Made by a program: the position numbers and the translations under genes | The notes under the pieces: generated by a model | What the model was told of the DNA's origin: nothing | What the model saw: the letters and a program-made list of their open reading frames with translations, nothing else | The model's database searches: none | Part shown: one piece after another, positions 1-12,905 of the stretch | How positions within the stretch are numbered: position 1 is the first letter of the stretch | Layout: each line of letters opens with the position of its first letter | DNA from: Convolutriloba macropyga | Lineage: Eukaryota | Assembly: GCF_964194025.1 (NCBI RefSeq) | Contig: NC_134468.1 | Location: forward strand, 76,632,001 to 76,696,000 | Direction of reading: 5' to 3' | DNA: 64,000 nt

Positions 1-3000
1 TTAATTTATTTTTCTTTCTTTTCAGTTTTCAATTTTGCTCAGTTATTAAGGGCTTTAAGATAGAATTATTGCTTTTCTTTGCTTCGATAATAAAAAAGAA
101 AGTTTTTTTTCAATTTTCAGTTTACTTTCGAGCACTTTTTATAAGTTTCTCGCTGATATCTGCAAGATTGGTGCATGCAACCTAACAAAGAGTTTTTGGA
201 ACTGTTTTCGATTTTAAACTTTTTGTTCGTTTTTGTGCATTTAGGCACATGTTTTGTTGGTAATCAAAGCTTGATGTTGCTATGAAAGATGGTGATGCTT
301 GTTTCATTAGTTAATTTAATTCTTTCAATTGTTGTTCGGGATTTGTCCCTTCTTGTCTATAAATTTGCTTTACTTTACGATTACCTTTTTGTTTTACATA
401 AGTCAAGATTTTCCGTTTGGTTGCCGACTGACCTCATTCAATGTTTCAAATCCATGAATTTTAATTTCTTTAACTCATTGGATTACGCAAGGTAGTGAAT
501 ATTTTTGTTAACAGACTTCAGTTTATAACGTGAGTGAAACTTGATTTTAAGATCATACTGAAACTGCATAGCCAATTAGAACTTTTTTGTCCTTTATGTA
601 TAATATCTGTTGATCTTTTTACATTTCAACGAATTTGAATTGTGTTGCGTGTGCTGTCTTTTTTTAAAGATCTGTACTGACTTTTTTAACCTTCCCCTTT
701 CTTATGAAGCAAAAGATATTTGATTGCTAGTTTGAGTTTATAGCGGGTTGTTTTGAATTTTCTTTTTTTATCTACAAAGTCGAATACATTTCTGCTTTTT
801 TAACCGCTTTTGCTGCTTTTGTTTTCTTTTCGTTTAATCTCATTAATAGCAGTTCTCATTGGCCTAATCTAGTTTAATTTATTTTTCTTTGTTTTCAGTT
901 TTCAACTTTGCTCAGTGATTAAGGGCTTTAAGATAGAATTATTGCTTTTCTTTGCTTCGATAATAAAAAAGAAAGTTTTTTTTCAATTTTCAGTTTACTT
1001 TTGAGCACTTTCTATAAGTTTCTCGCTGATATCTGTAAGATTGGTGCATGCAACCTAACAAAGAGTTTTTGGAACTGTTTTCCATTTTAAACTTTTTGTT
1101 CGTTTTTGTGCTTTTAGGCACATGTTTTGTAGATAATCAAAGCTTGATGTTGCTATGAAAGATGGAGATGCTTGGTTCATTAGTTAATTCAATTCTTTCA
1201 ATTGTTGTTCGGGATTTGTCCCTTCTTGTCTATAAATTTGCTTTACTTTACGATTACCTTTTTGTTTTACATAAGTCAAGATTTTCCCGTTTGATTGACG
1301 ACTGACCTCATTCAATGTTTCAAATCCATGAATTTTAATTTCTTTAACTCATTGGATTACGCAAGGTAGTGAATGTTTTTGTTAACAGACTTCAGTTTAT
1401 AACCTGAGTGAAATTTGATTTTAAGATCATACTGAAACTGCATAACCAATTGGAACATTTTTTGTCATTTATGTATAATATCAGTTGATCTTTTTACAAT
1501 TCAACGAATTTGAATTGTATTGCGCGTGCTGTCTTTTTTTAAAGATCTGTGCTCACTTTTTTTGCCCTTCCCCTCTCTTATGAAGCAAAAGATATTTGAT
1601 TGCTAGTTTGAGTTTATAGCGGGTTGTTTTGAAATTTCTTTTGTTATCTACAAAGTCGAATATATTTCTTCATTTTTACCCGCTTTTGCTGCTTTTGTTT
1701 TCTTGTCGTTTAATCTCAATAATAGCAGTTCTCAGTGGCCTAGTCTAGTTTAATTTATCTTTCTTTCTTTTCAGTTTTCAACTTTGCTCAGTTATTACGT
1801 GCTTTAAGATAGAATTATTGCTTTTCTTTGCTTCTATAATACAAAAGAAAGATTTTTTCCAATTTTTAGTTTACTTTTGAGCACTTTTTATAAGTTTCTC
1901 GCTGATATCTGCAAGATTGGTGCATGCAACCTAACAAAGAGTTTTTGGAACTAATTCCGATTTTAAACTTTTTGTTCGTTTTTGTGCATTTAGGCACATG
2001 TTCTGTTGATAATCAAAGCTTGATGTTGCTATGAAAGATGGTGATGCTTGGTTCATTAGTTAATTCAATTCTTTCAATTGTTGTTCGGGATTTGTCCCTT
2101 CTTGTCTATAAATTTGCTTTACTTTACGATTAGCTTTTTGTTTTACATAAGTCAAGATTTTCCCGTTTGATTGCCGACTGACCTCATTCAATGTTTCAAA
2201 TCCATGAATTTTAATTTCTTTAACTCATTGGATTACGCAAGGTAGTGAATATTTTTGTTAACAGACTTCAGTTTATAACCTGAGTGAAATTTGATTTTAG
2301 GATCATACTGAAACTGCATAGCCAATTAGAACATTTTTTGTCATTTATGTATAATATCTGTTGATCTTTTTACAATTCAACGAATTTGAATTTTGTTGCG
2401 TGTGCTGTCTTTTTTTAAAGATCTGTGCTGACTTTTTTACCCTTCCCCTTTCTTGTGAAGCAAAAGATTTTTGATTGCTAGTTTGAGTTTATAGCGGGTT
2501 GTTTTGACTTTTCTTTTTTTAATCTACAAAGTCGAATACATTTCTGCATTTTTACCCGCTTTTGCTGCTTTTGTTTTCTTGTTTAATCTCAATAATAGCA
2601 GTTCTCATTGGCCTAATCTAGTTTAATTATTTTTTTTTCTTTTCGGTTTTCAACTTTGCTCAGTTATTAAGGGCTTTAAGATAGAATTATTGCTTTTCTT
2701 TGCTTCGATAATACAAAAGAAAGATTTTTTCCAATTTTCAGTTTACTTTTGAGCACTTTTTATAAGTTTCTCGCTGATATCTGCAAGATTGGTGCATGCA
2801 ACCTAACAAAGAGTTTTTGGAACTGTTTTCGATTTAACTTTTTGTTCGTTTTTGTGCATCTAGGCACATGTTTTGTTGATAATCAAAGCTTGATGTTGCT
2901 ATGAAAGATGTTGATGCTTGGTTCATTAGTTAATTCAATTCTTTCCATTGTTGTTCGGGATTTGTCCCTTCTTGTCTATAAATTTGCTTTACTTTACGAT

Positions 3001-4620
3001 TAGCTTTTTGTTTTACATAAGTCAAGATTTTCCCGTTTGATTGCCGACTGACCTCATTCAATGTTTCAAATCCATGAATTTTAATTTCTTTAACTCATTG
3101 GATTACGCAAGGTAGTGAATATTTTTGTTAACAGACTTCAGTTTATAACCTAAGTGAAACTTGATTTTAGGATCATACTGAAACTGCATAGCCAATTAGA
3201 ACAATTTTTGTCATTTATGTATAATATCTGTTGATCTTTTTACAATTCAACGAATTTGAATTTTGTTGCGTGTGCTGTCTTTTTTTAAAGATCTGTGCTG
3301 ACTTTTTTACCCTTCCCCTTTCTTATGAAGCAAAAGATATTTGATTGCTAGTTTGAGTTTACAGCGGGTTGTTTTGAATTTTCTTTTTTTTATCTACAAA
3401 GTCGAATACATTTCTGCATTTTTACCCGCTTTTGCTGCTTTTGTTTTCTTGTCGTTTAATCTCAATAATAGCAGTTCTCATTGGCCTAATCTAGTTTAAT
3501 TTATTTTTCTTTCTTTTCAGTTTTCAATTTTGCTCAGTTATTAAGGGCTTTAAGATAGAATTATTGCTTTTCTTTGCTTCGATAATACAAAAGAAAGATT
3601 TTTTCCAATTTTCAGTTTACTTTTGAGCACTTTTTATAAGTTTCTCGCTGATATCTGCAAGACTGGTGCATGCAACCTAACAAAGAGTTTTTGGAACTGT
3701 TTTCGATTTTAAACTTTTTGTTCGTTTTTGTGCATCTAGGCACATGTTTTGTTGATAATCAAAGCTTGATGTTGCTATGAAATATGGTGATGCTTGGTTC
3801 ATTAGTTAATTCAATTCCTTCAATTGTTGTTCGGGATTTGTCCCTTCTTATCTATAAATTTGCTTTACTTTACGATTAGCTTTTTGTTTTACATAAGTCA
3901 AGATTTTCCGTTTGATTGCCGACTGACCTCATTCAATGTTTCAAATCCATGAATTTTAATTTCTTTAACTCATTGGATTACGCAAGGTAGTGAATATTTT
4001 TGTTACAGACTTCAGTTTATAACCTGAGTGAAACTTGATTTTAAGATCATACTGAAACTGCATAGCCAATTGGAACATTTTTTGTCATTTATGTATAATA
4101 TCAGTTGATCTTTTTACAATTCAACGAATTTGAATTGTATTGCGCGTGCTGTCTTTTTTTAAAGATCTGTGCTCACTTTTTTGCCCTTCCCCTCTCTTAT
4201 GAAGCAAAAGATATTTGATTGCTAGTTTGAGTTTATAGCGGGTTGTTTTGAAATTTCTTTTGTTATCTACAAAGTCGAATATATTTCTTCATTTTTACCC
4301 GCTTTTGCTGCTTTTGTTTTCTTGTCGTTTAATCTCAATAATAGCAGTTCTCAATGGCCTAGTCTGGTTTAATTTATTTTTTTTTTCTTTTCAGTTTACA
4401 GCTTTGCTCAGTTATTAAGGGCATTAAGATAAATTTATTGCTTTTCATTGCTTCGATAATACTTATTTTCAAAAAGAAAAATTTTTTTCCAATTTTCAAT
4501 TTCCTTTTGAGCACTTTTTTCTAGTTTCTCGCTGATATCTGCAAGATTGGTGCATGCAACCTAGCAAAGTTCTTGAACTGTTTTCGGTTTTAAACTTTTT
4601 GATCGTTTTTGTTAATTTTT
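1..4620. repeat. Tandem array of ~873-bp monomers (5 complete plus one partial; runs off the left edge)
   Basis: TTAATTTA..TTTTCAGTT..GCTCAGTTATTAAGGGC restarts at 1, 874, 1750, 2623, 3496 and 4369 (periods 873/876/873/873/873). Copies are near-identical. Confidence 0.97.
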
Positions 4621-7400
4621 CATATGCCATTGGCATTATTTCCATTGGTGTGGTTTGTTTCGAGGTGTGGTTTGTTTCGAGGCAAAATGGTGTGGTTTGT
4701 TTCGAGGTTTGCCAGTGTTTTCTTTAGTTTGGTGGTACCCTCATTAAAGAGAGATCTTAGGAGTTTCTTATGAAGCGAAAGATATTCTGATTGCTATTTT
4801 GAGTTTATAGCGAGTTGTTTTTTAATGTCATTTTTTAATCAACAAAGTTGAATATATTTCTGTATTTTTACCCGCTTTTGCTGCTTTTGTGTTCTTGTCG
4901 TTTAATCTCAATTATAGCAGTTCTCAGCGGCCTAATCTAGTTTAATTTATATTTTTTTCTTTTCAGTTGTCAGCTTTGCTCAATTATTAAGGGCTTTAGG
5001 ATGGAATTATTGCTTTTCATTGCTTCGATAATACTTATTTTCAAAAAAAAGATTTTTTCCAATTTTCAATTTTTCAATATACTTTTGAGCACTTTACTTG
5101 TTTTTTGTTGATATCTGCAAGATTGGTGCATGGAACCTAACAAAGTTTTTGAACTGTTTTCGGTTTTGAACTTTTTTTCGTTTTTTTGTGCATCTAGGCG
5201 CATGTTTTGTTGACTATTAAAGCTTGATGTTGCTATGAAAATAGTGATATTTGGTTCATTAGTTAATTCAATTCTTTCAATTGTTGTTCGGGACTTGTCC
5301 CTTCTTGTCTATAAATTCGCTTTACTTTACTGTTACCTTTTTGTTTTACCTAAGTCGAGATTTTCTTGTTTGGTTGCCGACTGACCTCACTCACTGTTAA
5401 ACTGAATGACTTTTAATTTCTTTCAGTCATTGGATTAGGCAAGGCTTTAAGATAGAATTATTGCTTTTCATTGCTTCGATAATACAAAAGAAATATTTTT
5501 TCCAATTTTCAATTTACTTCTGAGCACTTTTTACTAGTTTCTCGCTGATATCTACATGGTTGGTGCATGCAACCTAACAAATTTTTTTGAACTGTTTTCT
5601 GTTTTAATTTTTTTTTTCGTTTTTGTGCATCTAGGCGCATGTTATGTTGACTATCAAAGCTTGAAGTTGCTATAAAAATTGTGATGTTTGGTTAATTATT
5701 TAATTCAATTTTTTGATTTGTTGTTCGGGACTTGTCCCTTTTTGTCTATAAGTTCGCTTTACTTTACGATTACTTTTTTGTTTTACCTAAGTCGAGGTTT
5801 TCTTAATTGGTTGCCGACTGACCTGACACACTGTTAAACTGAGTGAATTTTAAATTCTTTCAGTCATTGGATTAGGCAAGGCAGTGAATGTGGTGAAAGT
5901 CCAAAGACCAAAATCAAAGTACTCGGGATCAATCCATAAAGCCCGGACATTAAGTTGTAGTGCATTATGTTTTCAAAATTGATTAAGGCGATTACTGGCC
6001 GGATTTCAAAGTTTTTTTCTCAACAGCCTTCAGTTTATCTGTTGAATTGAAGTATAAATTTTAGAATCAGATTGACATTAGAACACTTTTTGACATATAG
6101 GTATAATATATGTCATTATCTGAATTTGAATTGTACTGCTTGTGCTGTCTTTAAAGATCTGTTCACACTTTTGTTTTACCCTTCCTTTTAACTTGGAGCA
6201 TTAAGACGAGTGAAGTTTCAATTCCTAAATGGCGTGGTTTTTTTCAAAGTGATTTTAAAGTGAAGTGAGAGAATGGTATTTGTACAGGTTTTCAGTTGTT
6301 GAGTGCAATTTTTTTCACGTGTGGCAATAAGAGTTCAGATTTCTTGTTGATATCTGCAAGATTGGTGCATGCAACCTAACAAAGAGTTTTTGAACTGTTT
6401 TCTATTTTAGAGTTTTGTTCGTTTTTGTGCATCTAGGCACATGTTGTGTTGATTATCAAAGCTTGATGTTGATGCTTGGTTAATTCAAAAGAAAGATTTT
6501 TTCCAATTTTTAGTTTACTTTTGAGCACTTTTTATAAGTTTCTTGCTGATATCTGCAAGATTGGTGCATGCAACCTAACAAAGAGTTTTTGGAACTGTTT
6601 TCGATTTAACTTTTTGTTCGTTTTTGTGCATCTAGGCACATGTTTTGTTGATAATCAATGCTTGATGTGGCTATGAAAGATGGTGATGCTTGGTTCATTA
6701 GTTAATTCAATTCTTTCAATTGTTGTTCGGGACTTGTCCCTTCTTGTCTATAAATTCGCTTTACTTTACTGTTACCTTTTTGTTTTACCTAAGTCGAGAT
6801 TTTCTTGTTTGGTTGCCGACTGACCTCACTCACTGTTAAACTGAATGACTTTTAATTTCTTTCAGTCATTGGATTAGGCAAGGCAGTGATTGCGGTGAAA
6901 ATCCAAAGAGAAAAATCAAATTACTCGGGATAAATCCATAAATCCCGGCCATTAAGTTGTAGTGCATTTTTTTTCGATGTCTTTAGAGCGATTACTGGCC
7001 GGATTTAAAAATCAGTTTTTTGCGCAACAGCCTTCAGTTTATCTGTTGAATTGAAGCATATTTTTTAGAATCAGATTGACATCAGATCATTTTTTTGACA
7101 TATGGGTATAATATCTGTCATTATCTGATTTTGAATTTTATTGCTTGTGCTCTCTTTAAAGAGTTGTTCGCACTTTTGTTTTACCCTTCCTTGTCAATGA
7201 GAAGTCAAATTGGAATTGTGATTTCCTTTAAATTGGAGCATTAAGACGAGTGAAATTTCAATTGCTAAATGGCGTGGTTTTTTTCAAAGTGATTTTAAAG
7301 TGAAGTGAGAGAATGGTATTTAAACAGGTGTTCGGTTGTTGAGTGCAATTTTCTTTACGTGTGGCAATATGAGTTCAGATTTTGCTGTTTTTTTTGCATG
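4620..7400. repeat. Degenerate, rearranged edge of the array, including a longer monomer variant
   Basis: Partial monomers restart near 4765, 4942, 5445, 6340 and 6487. The 17-mer GGTGTGGTTTGTTTCGA occurs x3 at 4647-4705. Segments 5880-6340 and 6880-7380 are paralogous and carry ~125 bp absent from the 873-bp unit. Confidence 0.85.
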
Positions 7401-10302
7401 TTCTGTACGAAAGTGTTACTTGTTTAAACACCTGAAAAGGCAAACAACTTAGAAGACTGACAATATTTGTCTTCTTGAAATAAAAAAAGATGTTTTTTTC
7501 TCTTTTGCCGGTTGTAGCCGCTTTTCTATTGTTTTTTATTTATCATTATTGATAGCTATAAATGGCTTCATTGAAGCTTGTTTAAATGTTTGTTGGAGCT
7601 ATTTTTTGTTCTCACTTGGTCTCATTATAGACAGCTGTAAGTGGATTCCTTACGCGTCCAATTTTTAAAAGGAGTTAATCATGTTTTCAAATTAAACGGT
7701 TCTAACTACTTTGACGTCACCTGCTTTCACCTGCTCGCATTGGGTTTCTCAGTAGGCATATTTGAGTTTATAGTTTTTCATTTTCAAAGCTGTGGGTTTT
7801 AACGACTTTGACACGACTGGTTTTCAATTAATATTCGAGGTTTTTGCATCAGACCGTTCTCGTAATTGTTTCTTGATGTCCTGTCGGTTGGTCTCATTAA
7901 TCATAGGTCTTATTTGATCTCCAATTAGGCATAATTGGGTTTTTTAATGCTTATTTTCTTGGCTAATAATTTTTTTGCCTTCAATGCCATTGGTTTTTGG
8001 TTGTTTTTGACAATTGGTTTTTGAGGTTTTCATGCTTGCCTGTATTTGCTGCTAGTTTCGCTGCATGGTTGTTTTCAGTGCTGCTTTGTTTGCAGTGGTT
8101 TTCTCTAAAGCTTATATCTGCCCTCTAAACTGCTATTGTCTGAACGTTTTTTGAGGCTGACGTTGTTGGGAATAACAACCTAAAGGAGATGACATTCTGA
8201 AAGAAATGACATAAATTTGTTTTTTTCCTTTTTTTGTAGTTTTTTTTACTTTCGTGGAGGTTTTGGTAATTGTTTTGTTGTTTTAATCGGAGGTTGATAT
8301 TGTTGGCTTCAGTTGCTTCAATTCTTTGAATTGTTAATCAGGACTGGTCTTGCTATGTTTTCGTTTTCTGTTTCTGTCGCGATATGTTTCAGGTGGGTCA
8401 ACGGCAGCTATTTTCCAGAAATTTTCCAGCTATTTTTTTGAGATAATTTTGATTTTTTGGAGCCAATTTTTATCTTGGTATTAGTTGATAATTATTTTTA
8501 CCCTAAATGAGAAATGAGCGAATTTCCATGTATGTTAGTTTTTGTCGTTTTATCGAGTGCTGTCCGACAATTTTCCAATTATTTATTAACTGTTAGATAT
8601 TTTGACTCGTTTCAGCTTCCGTTTAGCTTCCGTAGAATTGATGAATAAGGGATCTCGTGAGGTTTTATTTAATTTATTACAAGGATTGATGAAGTTTTTG
8701 TTTCATGTAGATTTTCGACATAATAGAAGTGCTCATTTGACGTTTTGATCAATAATCAGTAATTTACTACGATTGTTTCAATAAAAAACATTCACATTTT
8801 TTAAAATTAATATATTGTTTAATTTAAAAGGTATTACAAAAGTGCAATTTTCGTAAATACTGTTTAAACTTACCAGAAGAATAATTTTTGCTGTCTTAAG
8901 TTTTCATTTTTGCTAACTCACATTACTTTTTTTAAATAGTAGTCACAATTTTATCCATCCTTTTTTGTCATCTTATACCACGCAGTCTAGGATTTTTTAT
9001 GGAGAGCATTCAATAATTAGTATGTTTTTGATTGTCACAAACAAATAAGAGTGGTTCAGACATTGATCCTTTCAAGCTTTTCGATTCTTCTGTGGCTCGG
9101 CTGGGGTGGGGGTTCGGGTGACTGCTGGCGCCTGGAGTTAATCTGGTGATGTCAGCTTCTGTGCTTTGATTCTAAAAGAGCAAATCTCTTAATCTCATTC
9201 TCTATAATGCCTCTGCATTGATTTCCACTACTTTCTATTGCCATAATGCACTCGAATAAAGTATGTTAGTATTCGGCTTTGAAAGCCCCTTTGATGCTCT
9301 TTTCTACTCTTACAGTTAATCTTAGCTAGGTTTTTTATGCTCGTGAGTTCAGTGCACTGTACATGCATGCACGTGTGCAGACTTAAAAATTTTAGATTCC
9401 GAGAAAAGAAAAACCCATTGTTTATGTTTATTCGAAACAATATCATTTAGTGTTTCTGAACATGTTCTCAACTTCTATCAGAGCCTCTTGACCAAATGTT
9501 TACCCATCTGCGTTCAGTTTTCTTAACACTCAAATTTTGGATATTGAATAGTTTCATTGCTGTTCACATTTTTATAAAAACTGCTTTATTTGTATCTGAC
9601 TGCTAATGGATGTAAATTTTCTTTCCATTTATTTATCATAATTTACTTTGACATTGGGATTTACTTTAGCTAGTTATAACCACGTTGTATTTGGCTTTTC
9701 GCACTGTAAAATTTTTATTGGCGACAATTTTGAAAACACTGAAACCGCAAAGCACATCTTGTCATGAAAAACAAACACGTGCCAGTTCCAAAACAAACCT
9801 TTTGTTTGGAACTGTTTTTTTCTGGTTTCGATGAATTGGTTCACATTTCTGTACCTACTTCGATGTTTTTATTTTTGTTTTTGTTCGAAAAGTGCTTCGG
9901 CGTTACTTTGTCTTCGTATATTTTGTTGGTCAATTCTGACTACACGAGTTTTAGCTGAAGTAGTAGGGAATGAAATAGACTAACTGGTGACAATGTGGGA
10001 TAATTTTGTGTTGTTTTGAACTTTTTTGAACAATTGTGCTCAGCAAGCTTGAATTGATGTTGCAACTAATGAATACTCAGAATTCAATTCTCAATCAATT
10101 CTGAATCAATTTTTTTCTTTCATTTTTTCACCAAGTATTTTTGTCGACCGTTTTCAGGTTTTTTTCTTTTGGTATCAGTTTCTAGAACCTTACCTCTGTA
10201 TCGAAATGTCAACACAAATTGATTAAAAGTTGAGTGAATGAATCTGAAACCCTGATTTGCAATATTGTCGAAGATTTTAACTCGTAAACTTCAACCAATT
10301 GA

Positions 10303-11763
10303 CTTCAAAGGTTAAAATCAATTTTAACAGGTATTTTTCCGGAAGACCTAAAACGAGCACAAGTAATTCCGCTGTATAAAGGGGATAGTAAAGCAGATAT
10401 TAATAATTATCGACCCATATCATTGCTCATTGTATTTAGTAAAATTTTTGAAACGATAATGTACAATCGCATCTATCAGTACCTAGAACATTTCCAGCTT
10501 CTCTATTCAAAACAATTTGGATTTAGGAAAAAGCATTCAACGATTGATGCGATTGCAGAACTCACTGAGCGGTTGCGAGAGAATTATAAATCAAGAACAG
10601 TTACCAGTACAGTTTTTCTGGACCTAAAGAAAGCTTTCGACACTATTGATCACGGCATCTTAGGGAAGAAATTGACTCGTTACGGAATATGTGGCAATGC
10701 TAGAAATTGGATTCTTAGTTTTGTAACCGGTCGCTCGCAACGTACCGTTTGTAATGGTTTTTCATCGGATTGGCGTGAATTAAGTTATGGCGTCCCGCAA
10801 GGTTCAGTATTAGGACCGCTCCTGTTTCTCATATACGTGAACGACCTCTCGGAAGCTTGTAAAAAAGCAGACGTTTACCAATTTGCCGACGATACGAACG
10901 TAAGCGCCCTTGAATGTTCAATTTCGGAATTAAAAGATGACTTAGAATCGTTATCTCGATGGTTACGCGTTAATAAGCTGACACTAAACCTTAAAAAAAC
11001 ATCACAAGTAAATTTCTCGATTACAGGTGCCTCTAGTTCTAGTTCTATCTCAAACATTGGTATATCCATAAATGATTCTACTATTAAAATTGATAATTGT
11101 TGTCGCTATCTAGGATTATATATTCATTATAAGCTGCAGTTCAGAGATCATATTAATACAGTGGTGGTTAAACTAACGAAGCAGAGTGGTATCATTTCAA
11201 AGTTGAGACATTATGTACCACGAAGTACTTTAATACGTTATTATGAGGCTAATGTCAAGCCACTTATTCAGTATGGAGTCTTGATATATGGCTGCACAAG
11301 TTTTTCAAATCTTTGCGATATCGAAAAATTACAAAGGAAAATTTTCCGACTAATTTTCTTCAAACGGTTTAAGGATAGCATATCTCCTCTTTTGTTGAAA
11401 CACGGTGTACTTACCGTGCATGAGCTGTACGTTTATGAGCTCTTAAAGTTTGTACTTCGATCAGTGCTATCACTTCATTCAGAATCGTATCTCAATAATA
11501 TCTTCACTTTTAAAAATCAAGATGCGTATTTAACTAGGAGATCTTCAACTGGAGTTATGGCTATGCCGGCTGCTAAAAATAAGTTTCAAAGGGTTTCGCT
11601 GAAATATCGTGGCGCAAAGCTATTCAATATACTTCGCCAAAATAATATCGTACCGCAACTATGCATGATGAATAAAGATATATTCAACAACCTTGTTCAT
11701 AGAATAAAAGACAATTATATTCTTGGCAATACAGAGCTGACAAAGATTATTTTCCAACTATAA
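10303..11763 (+). CDS. LINE ORF2 remnant: reverse transcriptase (open frame, no endonuclease or true start)
   Basis: Frame is open from 10303 to TAA 11763 with all core RT motifs. Confidence 0.85.
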   Translation, partial: LQRLKSILTGIFPEDLKRAQVIPLYKGDSKADINNYRPISLLIVFSKIFETIMYNRIYQYLEHFQLLYSKQFGFRKKHSTIDAIAELTERLRENYKSRTVTSTVFLDLKKAFDTIDHGILGKKLTRYGICGNARNWILSFVTGRSQRTVCNGFSSDWRELSYGVPQGSVLGPLLFLIYVNDLSEACKKADVYQFADDTNVSALECSISELKDDLESLSRWLRVNKLTLNLKKTSQVNFSITGASSSSSISNIGISINDSTIKIDNCCRYLGLYIHYKLQFRDHINTVVVKLTKQSGIISKLRHYVPRSTLIRYYEANVKPLIQYGVLIYGCTSFSNLCDIEKLQRKIFRLIFFKRFKDSISPLLLKHGVLTVHELYVYELLKFVLRSVLSLHSESYLNNIFTFKNQDAYLTRRSSTGVMAMPAAKNKFQRVSLKYRGAKLFNILRQNNIVPQLCMMNKDIFNNLVHRIKDNYILGNTELTKIIFQL

Positions 11764-12455
11764 AATTAAGCGATCACTATATACCTGTTGCTTTGTTATT
11801 AAAATTTTTTTTTTACAATTACAAGGGAATTATGATGTCGTTCGAAATGTGTTTTTTGGATAATTTGTCACATCCCTGCAACTCCTGGAAATTCTTTGAA
11901 AATAGTTGAAAAATATACGCAAAATTTTGTGCGGTGCCTTCGTAGAAGGCACCGCGACTCGATTTCTGCTGTCAAAAATCACTTTTTTCAATTTCTAAAG
12001 ACAGTTTTTGTCACTTTTTCCTCCTTCATAGGAACATTTGACAAAACACAACAATTTTAACTTCGTACGTTGCTCTCTGCTGTAAACAAGTTTCAATTCG
12101 ATGCAGTTAAAGTACTTATCTTCGGGCTCTGGTGGAGCAATAAGTTCGAGCAGTTAAAAGGTTGCTAAAAAAGAAATCATTTATAAAATGGCAAGAATAT
12201 TAAATTGAAAAAAAAAATTAAGTTTATCCACTCTTACGTTTGTATTACAGGGCACACTGGAAAGAAGGTCTAAGGACCTCGTTGCGCGTCCTTTCCCAGC
12301 CTAAAATAATCTTGAATAAATTTTCAATTTGTTTGTTGGATATATCAAATGCTTTTATTTTTCGATGTTTGATTGTGATCTATGTCGTGTTTTGATTATC
12401 CTTCTTTGTACATTTAATTTATGGGCCGGGATAAATTAACTCTCTCTCTCTCTCT
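10315..12455 (+). mobile_element. 5'-truncated CR1/L2-like non-LTR retrotransposon (RT, C-terminal region, 3' UTR ending in (TC)7)
   Basis: Motifs GIFPEDLK..VIPLYK, NYRPISLL, QFGFR, FLDLKKAFD, GVPQGSVLGP, FADD, YLG. The ~690-bp 3' UTR has hairpins and ends in a TC microsatellite at 12440-12454. Confidence 0.9.
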
Positions 12456-12905
12456 TTTATGTATAATGAAGATATGTCGGCTGTTTTCGGTTCTAGTCTG
12501 CTAAGTGTTAGTCAGATGTCTATTTCCATTATGTTGAAGGAAAGTTATGACATTGCTTCCGAAATGACGAATTGTCCAACTTGTGCTATAACATTGGGAA
12601 AATTTGCGCTCAGCTCATATTTAAAACTGCCCTGCAATGATTCACTTACGACTATTTGATGAGTTTTATGTGTCTGTGTGTCATTTCGAACTATCATTGT
12701 TTTGCATAATATTCTAATTTTATGATCAGAGATAAGTCGAAAAGCACTAGATACTACGAATTTTAAGTTTATATTGAACTACTTGTCTGTTATCTATTTT
12801 CAAATCTCATTTTTGTTTTTTTTTTAAAATGTTTTTTTATTTAAGATAAGTTGGAAAATCTGAAGCACAAGTTGTGAGCAGAGATTGAAGTTACAATACT
12901 ACACC

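Noticed and set aside
289-6676. ORFs 289-495 and 6476-6676, and the monomer length being a multiple of three, as signs of a coding repeat
   Set aside because: Frames are broken in other monomers and each unit has many stops; better explained as LINE residue.
12861-12905. N-terminal extension (PET-domain Limpet isoform) of the FHL gene
   Set aside because: There is an in-frame TGA at 12861 after the best acceptor and no PET-like exon upstream in the window; not excluded outside it.
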